Source of the DNA: Escherichia coli
GTDB lineage: Bacteria > Pseudomonadota > Gammaproteobacteria > Enterobacterales > Enterobacteriaceae
DNA length: 64,000 nucleotides
Reading direction: 5' to 3' (one strand)
NCBI RefSeq assembly: GCF_017348835.2
Contig: NZ_CP071375.1
This document shows, piece by piece, positions 47,868 through 59,764 of the stretch (position 1 is the first letter of the stretch; every line of letters starts with the position of its first letter). The position numbers were made by a program, and so were the translations under genes. Below the pieces are notes generated by a model. It worked only from the letters and a program-made list of their open reading frames with translations, was not told the DNA's origin and did no database searches.

Positions 47868-49436
47868 ATGTTAGATATAGTCGAACTGTCGCGCTTACAG
47901 TTTGCCTTGACCGCGATGTACCACTTCCTTTTTGTGCCACTGACGCTCGGTATGGCGTTCCTGCTGGCCATTATGGAAACGGTCTACGTCCTTTCCGGCA
48001 AACAGATTTATAAAGATATGACCAAGTTCTGGGGCAAGTTGTTTGGTATCAACTTCGCTCTGGGTGTGGCTACCGGTCTGACCATGGAGTTCCAGTTCGG
48101 GACTAACTGGTCTTACTATTCCCACTATGTAGGGGATATCTTCGGTGCGCCGCTGGCAATTGAAGGTCTAATGGCCTTCTTCCTCGAATCCACCTTTGTA
48201 GGTCTGTTCTTCTTCGGTTGGGATCGTCTGGGTAAAGTTCAGCATATGTGTGTCACCTGGCTGGTGGCGCTCGGTTCAAACCTGTCCGCACTGTGGATTC
48301 TGGTTGCGAACGGCTGGATGCAAAACCCAATCGCGTCCGATTTCAACTTTGAAACTATGCGTATGGAGATGGTGAGCTTCTCCGAGCTGGTGCTTAACCC
48401 GGTTGCTCAGGTGAAATTCGTTCACACTGTAGCCTCTGGTTATGTGACTGGCGCGATGTTCATCCTCGGTATCAGCGCATGGTATATGCTGAAAGGTCGT
48501 GACTTCGCCTTCGCTAAACGCTCCTTTGCTATCGCTGCCAGCTTCGGTATGGCTGCCGTTCTGTCTGTTATTGTTCTGGGTGATGAATCCGGCTACGAAA
48601 TGGGCGACGTGCAGAAAACCAAACTGGCTGCTATTGAAGCTGAGTGGGAAACGCAACCTGCGCCTGCTGCCTTTACTCTGTTCGGCATTCCTGATCAGGA
48701 AGAGGAGACGAACAAATTTGCTATCCAGATCCCTTACGCGCTGGGCATCATTGCAACGCGTTCCGTGGATACTCCAGTTATCGGCCTGAAAGAACTGATG
48801 GTGCAGCATGAAGAACGCATTCGTAACGGGATGAAGGCGTACTCTCTGCTTGAGCAACTGCGTTCTGGTTCTACCGACCAGGCGGTTCGTGACCAGTTCA
48901 ATAGCATGAAGAAAGACCTCGGTTACGGTCTGCTGCTGAAACGCTATACGCCAAACGTGGCTGATGCGACTGAAGCTCAGATTCAACAGGCAACCAAAGA
49001 CTCCATTCCGCGTGTAGCGCCGCTGTACTTCGCGTTCCGTATCATGGTGGCGTGTGGCTTCCTGCTGCTGGCAATCATCGCGCTCTCTTTCTGGAGTGTC
49101 ATCCGCAACCGCATTGGCGAGAAAAAATGGCTGCTGCGCGCCGCGCTGTACGGTATTCCGCTGCCGTGGATTGCTGTAGAAGCGGGCTGGTTCGTGGCTG
49201 AATATGGCCGCCAACCGTGGGCTATCGGTGAAGTGCTGCCGACAGCTGTGGCGAACTCGTCACTGACCGCAGGCGATCTCATCTTCTCAATGGTGCTGAT
49301 TTGCGGCCTGTATACCCTGTTCCTGGTGGCAGAATTGTTCTTAATGTTCAAGTTTGCACGCCTCGGCCCAAGCAGCCTGAAAACCGGTCGCTATCACTTT
49401 GAGCAGTCTTCCACGACTACTCAGCCGGCACGCTAA
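47868..49436 (+). CDS. cydA: Cytochrome bd-I ubiquinol oxidase subunit I
   Basis: [38 protein letters not shown]... (522 aa from the second Met). Confidence 0.97.
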
Positions 49437-49451
49437 GACAGGAGTCGTCAA

Positions 49452-50591
49452 ATGATCGATTATGAAGTATTGCGTTTTATCTGGTGGCTGCTGGTTGGCG
49501 TTCTGCTGATTGGTTTTGCAGTCACTGACGGTTTCGACATGGGGGTGGGCATGCTCACCCGTTTCCTCGGTCGTAACGACACCGAGCGTCGAATTATGAT
49601 TAACTCCATTGCACCACACTGGGACGGTAACCAGGTTTGGCTGATCACCGCAGGCGGCGCACTGTTTGCTGCCTGGCCGATGGTCTATGCCGCTGCGTTC
49701 TCCGGCTTCTATGTGGCGATGATCCTCGTGCTGGCGTCTTTGTTCTTCCGTCCGGTCGGTTTTGACTACCGCTCCAAGATTGAAGAAACCCGCTGGCGTA
49801 ACATGTGGGACTGGGGCATCTTCATTGGTAGCTTCGTTCCGCCGTTGGTGATTGGTGTAGCGTTCGGTAACCTGTTGCAGGGCGTACCGTTCAACGTTGA
49901 TGAATATCTGCGTCTGTACTACACCGGTAACTTCTTCCAGCTGCTTAACCCGTTCGGCCTGCTGGCAGGCGTGGTGAGCGTAGGGATGATCATTACTCAG
50001 GGCGCGACTTATCTGCAGATGCGTACCGTGGGCGAACTGCACCTGCGTACCCGTGCAACGGCTCAGGTGGCGGCACTGGTGACACTGGTCTGCTTCGCAC
50101 TAGCTGGCGTATGGGTGATGTACGGTATCGATGGTTATGTCGTGAAATCGACAATGGACCATTACGCAGCCTCTAACCCGCTGAATAAAGAAGTGGTTCG
50201 TGAAGCTGGCGCATGGCTGGTTAACTTCAACAACACGCCAATTCTGTGGGCTATTCCGGCACTGGGTGTGGTTCTGCCGCTGCTGACCATCCTGACTGCA
50301 CGTATGGATAAAGCCGCGTGGGCGTTTGTGTTCTCCTCCCTGACGCTGGCCTGCATCATCCTGACTGCCGGTATCGCAATGTTCCCGTTTGTGATGCCGT
50401 CCAGCACCATGATGAACGCAAGTCTGACAATGTGGGATGCAACTTCCAGCCAGCTGACACTTAACGTCATGACCTGGGTTGCGGTGGTTCTGGTACCGAT
50501 CATTCTGCTCTACACCGCCTGGTGTTACTGGAAAATGTTCGGTCGTATCACCAAAGAAGATATTGAACGTAACACCCACTCTCTGTACTAA
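49452..50591 (+). CDS. cydB: Cytochrome bd-I ubiquinol oxidase subunit II
   Basis: 379 aa MIDYEVLRFIWWLLVGVLLIGFAVTDGFDMGVG. Confidence 0.97.
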   Translation: MIDYEVLRFIWWLLVGVLLIGFAVTDGFDMGVGMLTRFLGRNDTERRIMINSIAPHWDGNQVWLITAGGALFAAWPMVYAAAFSGFYVAMILVLASLFFRPVGFDYRSKIEETRWRNMWDWGIFIGSFVPPLVIGVAFGNLLQGVPFNVDEYLRLYYTGNFFQLLNPFGLLAGVVSVGMIITQGATYLQMRTVGELHLRTRATAQVAALVTLVCFALAGVWVMYGIDGYVVKSTMDHYAASNPLNKEVVREAGAWLVNFNNTPILWAIPALGVVLPLLTILTARMDKAAWAFVFSSLTLACIILTAGIAMFPFVMPSSTMMNASLTMWDATSSQLTLNVMTWVAVVLVPIILLYTAWCYWKMFGRITKEDIERNTHSLY

Positions 50592-50605
50592 GTAAGGAGC
50601 TAAAA

Positions 50606-50719
50606 ATGTGGTATTTCGCATGGATTCTGGGAACGCTTCTTGCCTGTTCGTTTGGGGTAATCACCGCGCTGGCGCTTGAGCACGTCGAATCAGGCAAAGC
50701 CGGTCAAGAAGACATCTGA
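50606..50719 (+). CDS. cydX: Cytochrome bd-I accessory small subunit CydX (37 aa)
   Basis: AGGAGC RBS then ATG; MWYFAWILGTLLACSFGVITALALEHVESGKAGQEDI. Absent from the ORF track (<60 aa). Confidence 0.85.
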   Translation: MWYFAWILGTLLACSFGVITALALEHVESGKAGQEDI

Positions 50720-51012
50720 TGAGTAAGATTATCGCAACCTTGTATGCGGTAATGGACAAGCGCCCCCTGCGGGCGCTTTCCTTCGTGATGGCGCTTCTGT
50801 TAGCAGGATGTATGTTTTGGGACCCATCTCGTTTTGCCGCGAAGACCAGTGAACTGGAAATCTGGCATGGTTTATTGCTGATGTGGGCCGTCTGTGCTGG
50901 TGTGATTCACGGCGTGGGCTTTCGTCCGCAGAAGGTTCTTTGGCAAGGGATTTTTTGCCCATTGCTTGCCGATATTGTTCTCATTGTCGGGCTGATTTTC
51001 TTCTTCTTTTAA
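50719..51012 (+). CDS. ybgE: Inner membrane protein YbgE (cyd operon)
   Basis: 97 aa MSKIIATLYAVMDKRPLRALSFVMALLLAGCMFW... ATG overlaps the cydX stop (TGATG). Confidence 0.88.
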   Translation: MSKIIATLYAVMDKRPLRALSFVMALLLAGCMFWDPSRFAAKTSELEIWHGLLLMWAVCAGVIHGVGFRPQKVLWQGIFCPLLADIVLIVGLIFFFF

Positions 51013-51029
51013 ATCAGAATTCTCTTTAA

Positions 51030-51065
51030 AAAATTATGGGCCGCTCCAGGCCCATAAATTTTTAC
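51030..51065 (+). terminator. Terminator after the cyd operon
   Basis: AAAAAATTATGGGCCGCTCCAGGCCCATAAATTTTTA. Confidence 0.6.
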
Positions 51066-51161
51066 GCTCCCTTAACTTGCCCTCATTCCCAAACCTCAAT
51101 CGCGCGCGTATAGTAGCAGCGTTTAAAAGCTCTAACTTTTGTTGCATTACCGGGATGTAAA

Positions 51162-52255
<1,094 letters not shown>

Positions 52256-52258
52256 GCC

Positions 52259-52687
52259 ATGGCCAGAGCGCGTGGACGAGGTCGTCGCGATCTCAAGTCC
52301 GAAATCAACATTGTACCGTTGCTGGACGTACTGCTGGTGCTGTTGCTGATCTTTATGGCGACAGCGCCCATCATCACCCAGAGCGTGGAGGTCGATCTGC
52401 CAGACGCTACTGAATCACAGGCGGTGAGCAGTAACGATAATCCGCCAGTGATTGTTGAAGTGTCTGGTATTGGTCAGTACACCGTAGTGGTTGAGAAAGA
52501 TCGCCTGGAGCGTTTACCACCAGAGCAGGTGGTGGCGGAAGTGTCCAGCCGTTTCAAGGCCAACCCGAAAACGGTCTTTCTGATCGGTGGCGCAAAAGAT
52601 GTGCCTTACGATGAAATAATTAAAGCACTGAACTTGTTACATAGTGCGGGTGTGAAATCGGTTGGTTTAATGACGCAGCCTATATAA
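52259..52687 (+). CDS. tolR: Tol-Pal system protein TolR
   Basis: 142 aa MARARGRGRRDLKSEINIVPLLDVLLVLLLIFMATAP. Confidence 0.97.
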   Translation: MARARGRGRRDLKSEINIVPLLDVLLVLLLIFMATAPIITQSVEVDLPDATESQAVSSNDNPPVIVEVSGIGQYTVVVEKDRLERLPPEQVVAEVSSRFKANPKTVFLIGGAKDVPYDEIIKALNLLHSAGVKSVGLMTQPI

Positions 52688-52751
52688 ACATCTGCGTTTC
52701 CCTTGCTTGAAAGAGAGCGGGTAACAGGCGAACAGTTTTTGGAAACCGAGA

Positions 52752-54017
52752 GTGTCAAAGGCAACCGAACAAAACGACAAGCTCAAGCGGGCGATAATTA
52801 TTTCAGCAGTGCTGCATGTCATCTTATTTGCGGCGCTGATCTGGAGTTCGTTCGATGAGAATATAGAAGCTTCAGCCGGAGGCGGCGGTGGTTCGTCCAT
52901 CGACGCTGTCATGGTTGATTCAGGTGCGGTAGTTGAGCAGTACAAACGCATGCAAAGCCAGGAATCAAGCGCGAAGCGTTCTGATGAGCAGCGCAAGATG
53001 AAGGAACAGCAGGCTGCTGAAGAACTGCGTGAGAAACAAGCGGCTGAACAGGAACGCCTGAAGCAACTTGAGAAAGAGCGGTTAGCTGCTCAGGAACAGA
53101 AAAAGCAGGCTGAAGAAGCCGCAAAACAGGCCGAGTTAAAGCAGAAGCAAGCGGAAGAGGCGGCAGCGAAAGCGGCGGCAGATGCTAAAGCGAAGGCCGA
53201 AGCGGATGCTAAAGCTGCGGAAGATGCAGCGAAGAAAGCGGCTGCAGATGCGAAGAAAAAAGCAGAAGCAGAAGCCGCCAAAGCCGCAGCCGAAGCGCAG
53301 AAAAAAGCCGAGGCAGCAGCTGCGGCGCTGAAGAAGAAAGCGGAAGCGGCAGAAGCAGCTGCAGCTGAAGCAAGAAAGAAAGCGGCAACTGAAGCTGCTG
53401 AAAAAGCCAAGGCAGAAGCTGAGAAGAAAGCGGCTGCTGAAAAGGCTGCAGCTGATAAGAAAGCGGCAGCAGAGAAAGCTGCAGCCGACAAAAAAGCAGC
53501 AGAAAAAGCGGCTGCTGAAAAGGCAGCAGCTGATAAGAAAGCAGCGGCAGAAAAAGCCGCCGCAGACAAAAAAGCGGCAGCTGCAAAAGCAGCAGCTGAA
53601 AAAGCCGCTGCAGCAAAAGCTGCCGCAGAGGCAGATGATATTTTCGGTGAGCTAAGCTCTGGTAAGAATGCACCGAAAACGGGGGGAGGGGCGAAAGGGA
53701 ACAATGCTTCGCCTGCCGGGAGTGGTAATACTAAAAACAATGGCGCATCAGGGGCCGATATCAATAACTATGCCGGGCAGATTAAATCTGCTATCGAAAG
53801 TAAGTTCTATGACGCATCGTCCTATGCAGGCAAAACCTGTACGCTGCGCATAAAACTGGCACCCGATGGTATGTTACTGGATATCAAACCTGAAGGTGGC
53901 GATCCCGCACTTTGTCAAGCTGCGTTGGCAGCAGCTAAACTTGCGAAGATCCCGAAACCACCAAGCCAGGCAGTATATGAAGTGTTCAAAAACGCGCCAT
54001 TGGACTTCAAACCGTAA
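52752..54017 (+). CDS. tolA: Tol-Pal system protein TolA (GTG start)
   Basis: 421 aa (M)SKATEQNDKLKRAIIISAVLHVILFAALIWSSF..., with a long Ala/Lys/Glu-rich domain II and the C-terminal domain III. Confidence 0.95.
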   Translation: MSKATEQNDKLKRAIIISAVLHVILFAALIWSSFDENIEASAGGGGGSSIDAVMVDSGAVVEQYKRMQSQESSAKRSDEQRKMKEQQAAEELREKQAAEQERLKQLEKERLAAQEQKKQAEEAAKQAELKQKQAEEAAAKAAADAKAKAEADAKAAEDAAKKAAADAKKKAEAEAAKAAAEAQKKAEAAAAALKKKAEAAEAAAAEARKKAATEAAEKAKAEAEKKAAAEKAAADKKAAAEKAAADKKAAEKAAAEKAAADKKAAAEKAAADKKAAAAKAAAEKAAAAKAAAEADDIFGELSSGKNAPKTGGGAKGNNASPAGSGNTKNNGASGADINNYAGQIKSAIESKFYDASSYAGKTCTLRIKLAPDGMLLDIKPEGGDPALCQAALAAAKLAKIPKPPSQAVYEVFKNAPLDFKP

Positions 54018-54149
54018 TCGCGATGTTGACTGTTCCGACGGTCAACATCAGGCACCGGTTGCCACGGGGTTCTGGTAGTTTTGTGTATTTTAGTTTGTTA
54101 ACATTCTGCTAAATTATCGTGGGCCATCGGTCCAGATAAGGGAGATATG

Positions 54150-55442
54150 ATGAAGCAGGCATTACGAGTAGCATTTGGTTTTCTCATACTGTGGGCATCA
54201 GTTCTGCATGCTGAAGTCCGCATTGTGATCGACAGCGGTGTAGATTCCGGTCGTCCTATTGGTGTTGTTCCTTTCCAGTGGGCGGGTCCTGGTGCGGCAC
54301 CTGAAGATATTGGCGGCATCGTTGCTGCCGACTTGCGTAACAGCGGTAAATTTAATCCGTTAGATCGCGCTCGTCTGCCACAGCAGCCGGGTAGTGCGCA
54401 GGAAGTACAACCAGCTGCATGGTCCGCGCTGGGTATTGACGCTGTAGTTGTCGGTCAGGTCACTCCGAATCCGGATGGTTCTTACAATGTTGCTTATCAA
54501 CTTGTTGACACTGGCGGCGCACCGGGTACTGTACTTGCTCAGAACTCGTACAAAGTGAACAAGCAGTGGCTGCGTTATGCTGGTCATACCGCCAGTGATG
54601 AAGTGTTTGAAAAACTGACCGGCATTAAAGGTGCGTTCCGTACCCGTATTGCCTACGTTGTTCAGACCAACGGCGGTCAGTTCCCGTATGAACTGCGCGT
54701 ATCTGACTATGACGGTTACAACCAGTTTGTCGTTCACCGTTCACCACAGCCGCTGATGTCCCCGGCGTGGTCACCAGACGGTTCTAAACTGGCTTATGTG
54801 ACCTTCGAAAGCGGTCGTTCCGCGCTGGTTATCCAAACGCTGGCAAACGGCGCTGTACGTCAGGTGGCTTCATTCCCGCGTCACAACGGTGCGCCTGCAT
54901 TCTCGCCAGACGGCAGCAAACTGGCATTCGCCTTGTCGAAAACCGGTAGCCTGAACCTGTACGTAATGGATTTGGCTTCTGGCCAGATCCGCCAGGTGAC
55001 TGATGGTCGCAGTAACAATACCGAACCGACCTGGTTCCCGGACAGCCAGAACCTGGCATTTACTTCTGACCAGGCCGGTCGCCCACAGGTTTATAAAGTG
55101 AATATCAACGGCGGTGCGCCACAACGTATTACCTGGGAAGGTTCGCAGAACCAGGATGCGGATGTCAGCAGCGACGGTAAATTTATGGTAATGGTCAGCT
55201 CCAACGGTGGGCAGCAGCACATTGCCAAACAAGATCTGGCAACGGGAGGCGTACAAGTTCTGTCGTCCACGTTCCTGGATGAAACGCCAAGTCTGGCACC
55301 TAACGGCACTATGGTAATCTACAGCTCTTCTCAGGGGATGGGATCCGTGCTGAATTTGGTTTCTACAGATGGGCGTTTCAAAGCGCGTCTTCCGGCAACT
55401 GATGGACAGGTCAAATTCCCTGCCTGGTCGCCGTATCTGTGA
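54150..55442 (+). CDS. tolB: Tol-Pal system periplasmic protein TolB
   Basis: [30 protein letters not shown]... (430 aa from the second Met). Confidence 0.97.
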   Translation: MKQALRVAFGFLILWASVLHAEVRIVIDSGVDSGRPIGVVPFQWAGPGAAPEDIGGIVAADLRNSGKFNPLDRARLPQQPGSAQEVQPAAWSALGIDAVVVGQVTPNPDGSYNVAYQLVDTGGAPGTVLAQNSYKVNKQWLRYAGHTASDEVFEKLTGIKGAFRTRIAYVVQTNGGQFPYELRVSDYDGYNQFVVHRSPQPLMSPAWSPDGSKLAYVTFESGRSALVIQTLANGAVRQVASFPRHNGAPAFSPDGSKLAFALSKTGSLNLYVMDLASGQIRQVTDGRSNNTEPTWFPDSQNLAFTSDQAGRPQVYKVNINGGAPQRITWEGSQNQDADVSSDGKFMVMVSSNGGQQHIAKQDLATGGVQVLSSTFLDETPSLAPNGTMVIYSSSQGMGSVLNLVSTDGRFKARLPATDGQVKFPAWSPYL

Positions 55443-55452
55443 TAATAATTAA

Positions 55453-55998
<546 letters not shown>

Positions 55999-56007
55999 GA
56001 GAATTGC

Positions 56008-56799
56008 ATGAGCAGTAACTTCAGACATCAACTATTGAGTCTGTCGTTACTGGTTGGTATAGCGGCCCCCTGGGCCGCTTTTGCTCAGGCACCAATCAGT
56101 AGTGTCGGCTCAGGCTCGGTCGAAGACCGCGTCACTCAACTTGAGCGTATTTCTAATGCTCACAGCCAGCTTTTAACCCAACTCCAGCAACAACTCTCTG
56201 ATAATCAATCCGATATTGATTCCCTGCGTGGTCAGATTCAGGAAAATCAGTATCAACTGAATCAGGTCGTGGAGCGGCAAAAGCAGATCCTGTTGCAGAT
56301 CGACAGCCTCAGCAACGGTGGTGCAGCGGCGCAATCAACCAGCGGTGATCAAAGCGGTGCGGCGGCATCAACGACGCCGACAGCTGATGCTGGTACTGCG
56401 AATGCTGGCGCGCCGGTGAAAAGCGGTGATGCAAACACGGATTACAATGCAGCTATTGCGCTGGTGCAGGATAAATCCCGCCAGGATGACGCAATGGTGG
56501 CATTTCAGAATTTCATCAAAAATTACCCTGATTCAACTTACCTGCCAAACGCCAATTATTGGCTGGGTCAGTTAAACTACAACAAGGGTAAAAAAGATGA
56601 TGCGGCGTACTATTTTGCTTCGGTAGTGAAAAACTATCCGAAGTCACCAAAGGCTGCAGATGCGATGTTTAAAGTCGGCGTCATCATGCAGGACAAAGGT
56701 GACACCGCAAAAGCGAAAGCCGTATACCACCAGGTTATCAGTAAATACCCTGGTACTGATGGCGCTAAACAGGCACAAAAACGTCTGAACGCGATGTAA
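56008..56799 (+). CDS. cpoB: Cell division coordinator CpoB (YbgF; TPR)
   Basis: 263 aa MSSNFRHQLLSLSLLVGIAAPWAAFAQAPISSVGSG... Confidence 0.95.
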   Translation: MSSNFRHQLLSLSLLVGIAAPWAAFAQAPISSVGSGSVEDRVTQLERISNAHSQLLTQLQQQLSDNQSDIDSLRGQIQENQYQLNQVVERQKQILLQIDSLSNGGAAAQSTSGDQSGAAASTTPTADAGTANAGAPVKSGDANTDYNAAIALVQDKSRQDDAMVAFQNFIKNYPDSTYLPNANYWLGQLNYNKGKKDDAAYYFASVVKNYPKSPKAADAMFKVGVIMQDKGDTAKAKAVYHQVISKYPGTDGAKQAQKRLNAM

Positions 56800-56963
56800 T
56801 GCATAACACACGACCAGAAGTCGCATTATTTCTGGTCGTGTCGTGCGAATCATAAGCAGTTGAGTGATCTACATCGAAATTTTTGTTGCGCTCAAGTCTG
56901 AAATCAGTAATATATGCCGCCGTTGCCACGGGATATCAAACAAACCGAAAGCAACGAAAAAGT

Positions 56964-57039
56964 GGGTCGTTAGCTCAGTTGGTAGAGCAGTTGACTTTTA
57001 ATCAATTGGTCGCAGGTTCGAATCCTGCACGACCCACCA
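56964..57039 (+). tRNA. lysT: tRNA-Lys (UUU)
   Basis: GGGTCGTTAGCTCAGTTGGTAGAGCAGTTGACTTTTAATCAATTGGTCGCAGGTTCGAATCCTGCACGACCCACCA. Confidence 0.95.
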
Positions 57040-57074
57040 CTAACCTAGTTAGTTGTAGTATCCAGCGTAGTATC

Positions 57075-57150
57075 GGGTGATTAGCTCAGCTGGGAGAGCA
57101 CCTCCCTTACAAGGAGGGGGTCGGCGGTTCGATCCCGTCATCACCCACCA
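57075..57150 (+). tRNA. valT: tRNA-Val (UAC)
   Basis: GGGTGATTAGCTCAGCTGGGAGAGCACCTCCCTTACAAGGAGGGGGTCGGCGGTTCGATCCCGTCATCACCCACCA. Confidence 0.95.
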
Positions 57151-57152
57151 CC

Positions 57153-57228
57153 GGGTCGTTAGCTCAGTTGGTAGAGCAGTTGACTTTTAATCAATTGGTC
57201 GCAGGTTCGAATCCTGCACGACCCACCA
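57153..57228 (+). tRNA. lysW: tRNA-Lys (UUU)
   Basis: Identical to the lysT sequence. Confidence 0.95.
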
Positions 57229-57279
57229 TTAATTACGGTGGGTTCGGTGGAAGTAGTTTGTAGTATCCAACGCAGTATC

Positions 57280-57355
57280 GGGTGATTAGCTCAGTTGGTA
57301 GAGCAGTTGACTTTTAATCAATTGGTCGCAGGTTCGAATCCTGCACGACCCACCA
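57280..57355 (+). pseudogene. Chimeric Val/Lys tRNA gene: tRNA-Lys(UUU) body with Val-type positions 5-6 and Val-type upstream spacer. The acceptor stem has two mismatches.
   Basis: GGGTGATTAGCTCAGTTGGTAGAGCAG...ACGACCCACCA. The 5' strand GGGTGAU is Val-like, while the 3' strand ACGACCC is Lys-type, so 5:68 is G-G and 6:67 is A-C. The upstream spacer GTAGTATCCAACGCAGTATC mirrors the spacer in front of valT. Confidence 0.6.
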
Positions 57356-57435
57356 ATTTTAACATCAAACTCAGATGTTAAGCGTGAAGGATAACGTTGC
57401 GCCAGCAACGGCCCGTAGGGCGAGCGAAGCGAGTC

Positions 57436-57453
57436 ATCCTGCACGACCCACCA
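57436..57453 (+). pseudogene. Orphan 3' fragment of a tRNA-Lys gene (T-arm/acceptor 3' strand + CCA)
   Basis: ATCCTGCACGACCCACCA is preceded by unrelated sequence (GCGCCAGCAACGGCCCGTAGGGCGAGCGAAGCGAGTC) and a short hairpin TTAACATCAAACTCAGATGTTAA. Confidence 0.6.
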
Positions 57454-57501
57454 ATCTTAAAGATTGGCCCCGAGTAAAAATCTTTCAGGTAACACCCGTA
57501 T

Positions 57502-57577
57502 GGGTCGTTAGCTCAGTTGGTAGAGCAGTTGACTTTTAATCAATTGGTCGCAGGTTCGAATCCTGCACGACCCACCA
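57502..57577 (+). tRNA. lysZ: tRNA-Lys (UUU)
   Basis: Identical to the lysT sequence. Confidence 0.9.
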
Positions 57578-57610
57578 TCCTGAATGATTAAAGCAGCATA
57601 ATCCCGCAAG

Positions 57611-57686
57611 GGGTCGTTAGCTCAGTTGGTAGAGCAGTTGACTTTTAATCAATTGGTCGCAGGTTCGAATCCTGCACGACCCACCA
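57611..57686 (+). tRNA. lysQ: tRNA-Lys (UUU)
   Basis: Identical to the lysT sequence. Followed by terminator GAAAGCGCCCTAAAGGCGCTTTTTTGC (57692-57718). Confidence 0.9.
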
Positions 57687-57873
57687 ATGTAAGAAAGCGC
57701 CCTAAAGGCGCTTTTTTGCTATTCAGGCATCCCTCAATTTAACTTTGTAAACCTGATGACATAGTCAGAGCTTACTGTGCAAGCAACTCTATGTCGGTGG
57801 AATTAGGCGTAAAATGACGCATCCTGCACATTAGGCGTAATTCGAGTGACTTTTCCCCACCATTCGACTATCT

Positions 57874-57891
57874 TGTTTAGCATATAAAACA
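57874..57891 (+). promoter_or_regulatory. NadR (NAD box) operator in the nadA-pnuC promoter
   Basis: TGTTTAGCATATAAAACA approximates TGTTTA-N6-TAAACA, ~70 bp upstream of the nadA start. Confidence 0.55.
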
Positions 57892-57963
57892 AATTACACC
57901 GATAACAGCGAATATGACGCTTATGTCGGTTTTAACGTTAAGCCTGTAAAACGAGATGGTAAG

Positions 57964-59007
57964 ATGAGCGTGATGTTTGATCCAGACACGGCGATTTATC
58001 CTTTCCCCCCGAAGCCGACGCCGTTAAGCATTGATGAAAAAGCGTATTACCGCGAGAAGATAAAACGTCTGCTAAAAGAACGTAATGCGGTGATGGTTGC
58101 CCATTACTATACCGATCCCGAAATTCAACAACTGGCAGAAGAAACCGGTGGCTGTATTTCTGATTCTCTGGAAATGGCGCGTTTCGGTGCAAAGCATCCC
58201 GCTTCTACGTTGTTAGTCGCTGGGGTGAGATTTATGGGAGAAACCGCCAAAATTCTCAGTCCGGAAAAAACAATTCTGATGCCGACACTTCAGGCTGAAT
58301 GTTCACTGGATCTCGGCTGCCCTGTTGAAGAATTTAACGCATTTTGCGATGCCCATCCCGATCATACTGTCGTCGTCTACGCCAACACTTCTGCTGCGGT
58401 AAAAGCGCGGGCAGATTGGGTGGTAACTTCAAGCATTGCCGTCGAACTTATTGATCATCTGGATAGTTTGGGTGAAAAAATCATCTGGGCACCCGACAAA
58501 CATCTGGGGCGTTACGTGCAAAAAAAGACGGGCGCAGACATTTTATGCTGGCAGGGTGCCTGCATTGTGCATGATGAGTTTAAGACTCAGGCGTTAACCC
58601 GCTTGCAAGAAGAATATCCGGATGCTGCCATACTGGTGCATCCAGAATCACCACAAGCTATTGTCGATATGGCGGATGCGGTCGGTTCCACCAGTCAACT
58701 GATCGCTGCTGCAAAAGCATTGCCTCATCAGAGGCTTATTGTGGCAACCGATCGGGGTATTTTCTACAAAATGCAGCAGGCGGTGCCAGATAAAGAGTTA
58801 CTGGAAGCACCAACCGCAGGTGAGGGCGCAACCTGTCGCAGCTGCGCGCATTGTCCGTGGATGGCCATGAATGGCCTTCAGGCCATCGCAGAGGCATTAG
58901 AACAGGAAGGAAGCAATCACGAGGTTCATGTTGATGAAAGGCTGCGAGAGAGGGCGCTGGTGCCGCTCAATCGTATGCTGGATTTTGCGGCTACACTACG
59001 TGGATAA
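57964..59007 (+). CDS. nadA: Quinolinate synthase A
   Basis: 347 aa [49 protein letters not shown]. Confidence 0.97.
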   Translation: MSVMFDPDTAIYPFPPKPTPLSIDEKAYYREKIKRLLKERNAVMVAHYYTDPEIQQLAEETGGCISDSLEMARFGAKHPASTLLVAGVRFMGETAKILSPEKTILMPTLQAECSLDLGCPVEEFNAFCDAHPDHTVVVYANTSAAVKARADWVVTSSIAVELIDHLDSLGEKIIWAPDKHLGRYVQKKTGADILCWQGACIVHDEFKTQALTRLQEEYPDAAILVHPESPQAIVDMADAVGSTSQLIAAAKALPHQRLIVATDRGIFYKMQQAVPDKELLEAPTAGEGATCRSCAHCPWMAMNGLQAIAEALEQEGSNHEVHVDERLRERALVPLNRMLDFAATLRG

Positions 59008-59044
59008 CGAATAATAAGGCGTAACGTTACGCTTTGGGGGAAAG

Positions 59045-59764
59045 ATGGATTTTTTTAGTGTGCAGAATATCCTGGTACATATACCAATAGGGGCAGGCGG
59101 TTATGATCTCTCATGGATCGAAGCGGTAGGCACGATCGCCGGGTTGCTGTGTATTGGCCTTGCCAGTCTGGAGAAGATCAGCAACTACTTCTTTGGCCTG
59201 ATCAACGTCACCTTGTTTGGCATTATTTTCTTTCAGATTCAGCTGTATGCCAGCCTGCTATTACAGGTGTTTTTCTTTGCCGCGAATATTTACGGTTGGT
59301 ATGCGTGGTCGCGACAAACCAGTCAGAACGAGGCGGAGTTGAAAATTCGCTGGTTGCCATTGCCGAAGGCGCTAAGCTGGTTGGCGGTTTGCGTTGTTTC
59401 GATTGGTCTGATGACGGTATTTATCAATCCGGTGTTTGCATTTTTGACCCGCGTGGCAGTCATGATCATGCAAGCATTAGGATTACAGGTTGTGATGCCT
59501 GAACTGCAACCGGACGCTTTCCCGTTCTGGGATTCATGCATGATGGTGTTATCTATCGTGGCAATGATTCTGATGACGCGTAAGTATGTGGAAAACTGGC
59601 TGTTGTGGGTGATTATTAACGTGATTAGCGTCGTTATTTTTGCACTTCAGGGCGTTTACGCCATGTCTCTGGAGTACATCATCCTGACCTTTATTGCGCT
59701 CAACGGCAGCCGGATGTGGATCAACAGCGCACGTGAAAGAGGCTCACGCGCGCTGTCCCATTAA
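59045..59764 (+). CDS. pnuC: Nicotinamide riboside transporter PnuC
   Basis: 239 aa [51 protein letters not shown]. Confidence 0.95.
   Translation: MDFFSVQNILVHIPIGAGGYDLSWIEAVGTIAGLLCIGLASLEKISNYFFGLINVTLFGIIFFQIQLYASLLLQVFFFAANIYGWYAWSRQTSQNEAELKIRWLPLPKALSWLAVCVVSIGLMTVFINPVFAFLTRVAVMIMQALGLQVVMPELQPDAFPFWDSCMMVLSIVAMILMTRKYVENWLLWVIINVISVVIFALQGVYAMSLEYIILTFIALNGSRMWINSARERGSRALSH

Noticed and set aside
53090-53764. 224-aa and 154-aa Ala/Leu/Phe-rich ORFs antisense to tolA
   Set aside because: Products of the repetitive GC-rich TolA domain II coding repeats read backwards, not genes.
57280-57355. Possibility that the chimeric tRNA is simply valZ
   Set aside because: Only the first 7 nt and the upstream spacer are Val-like. 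The D-arm, anticodon (UUU) and 3' half are tRNA-Lys, so it cannot be a normal tRNA-Val. Assembly collapse of the near-identical repeats cannot be excluded from sequence alone.
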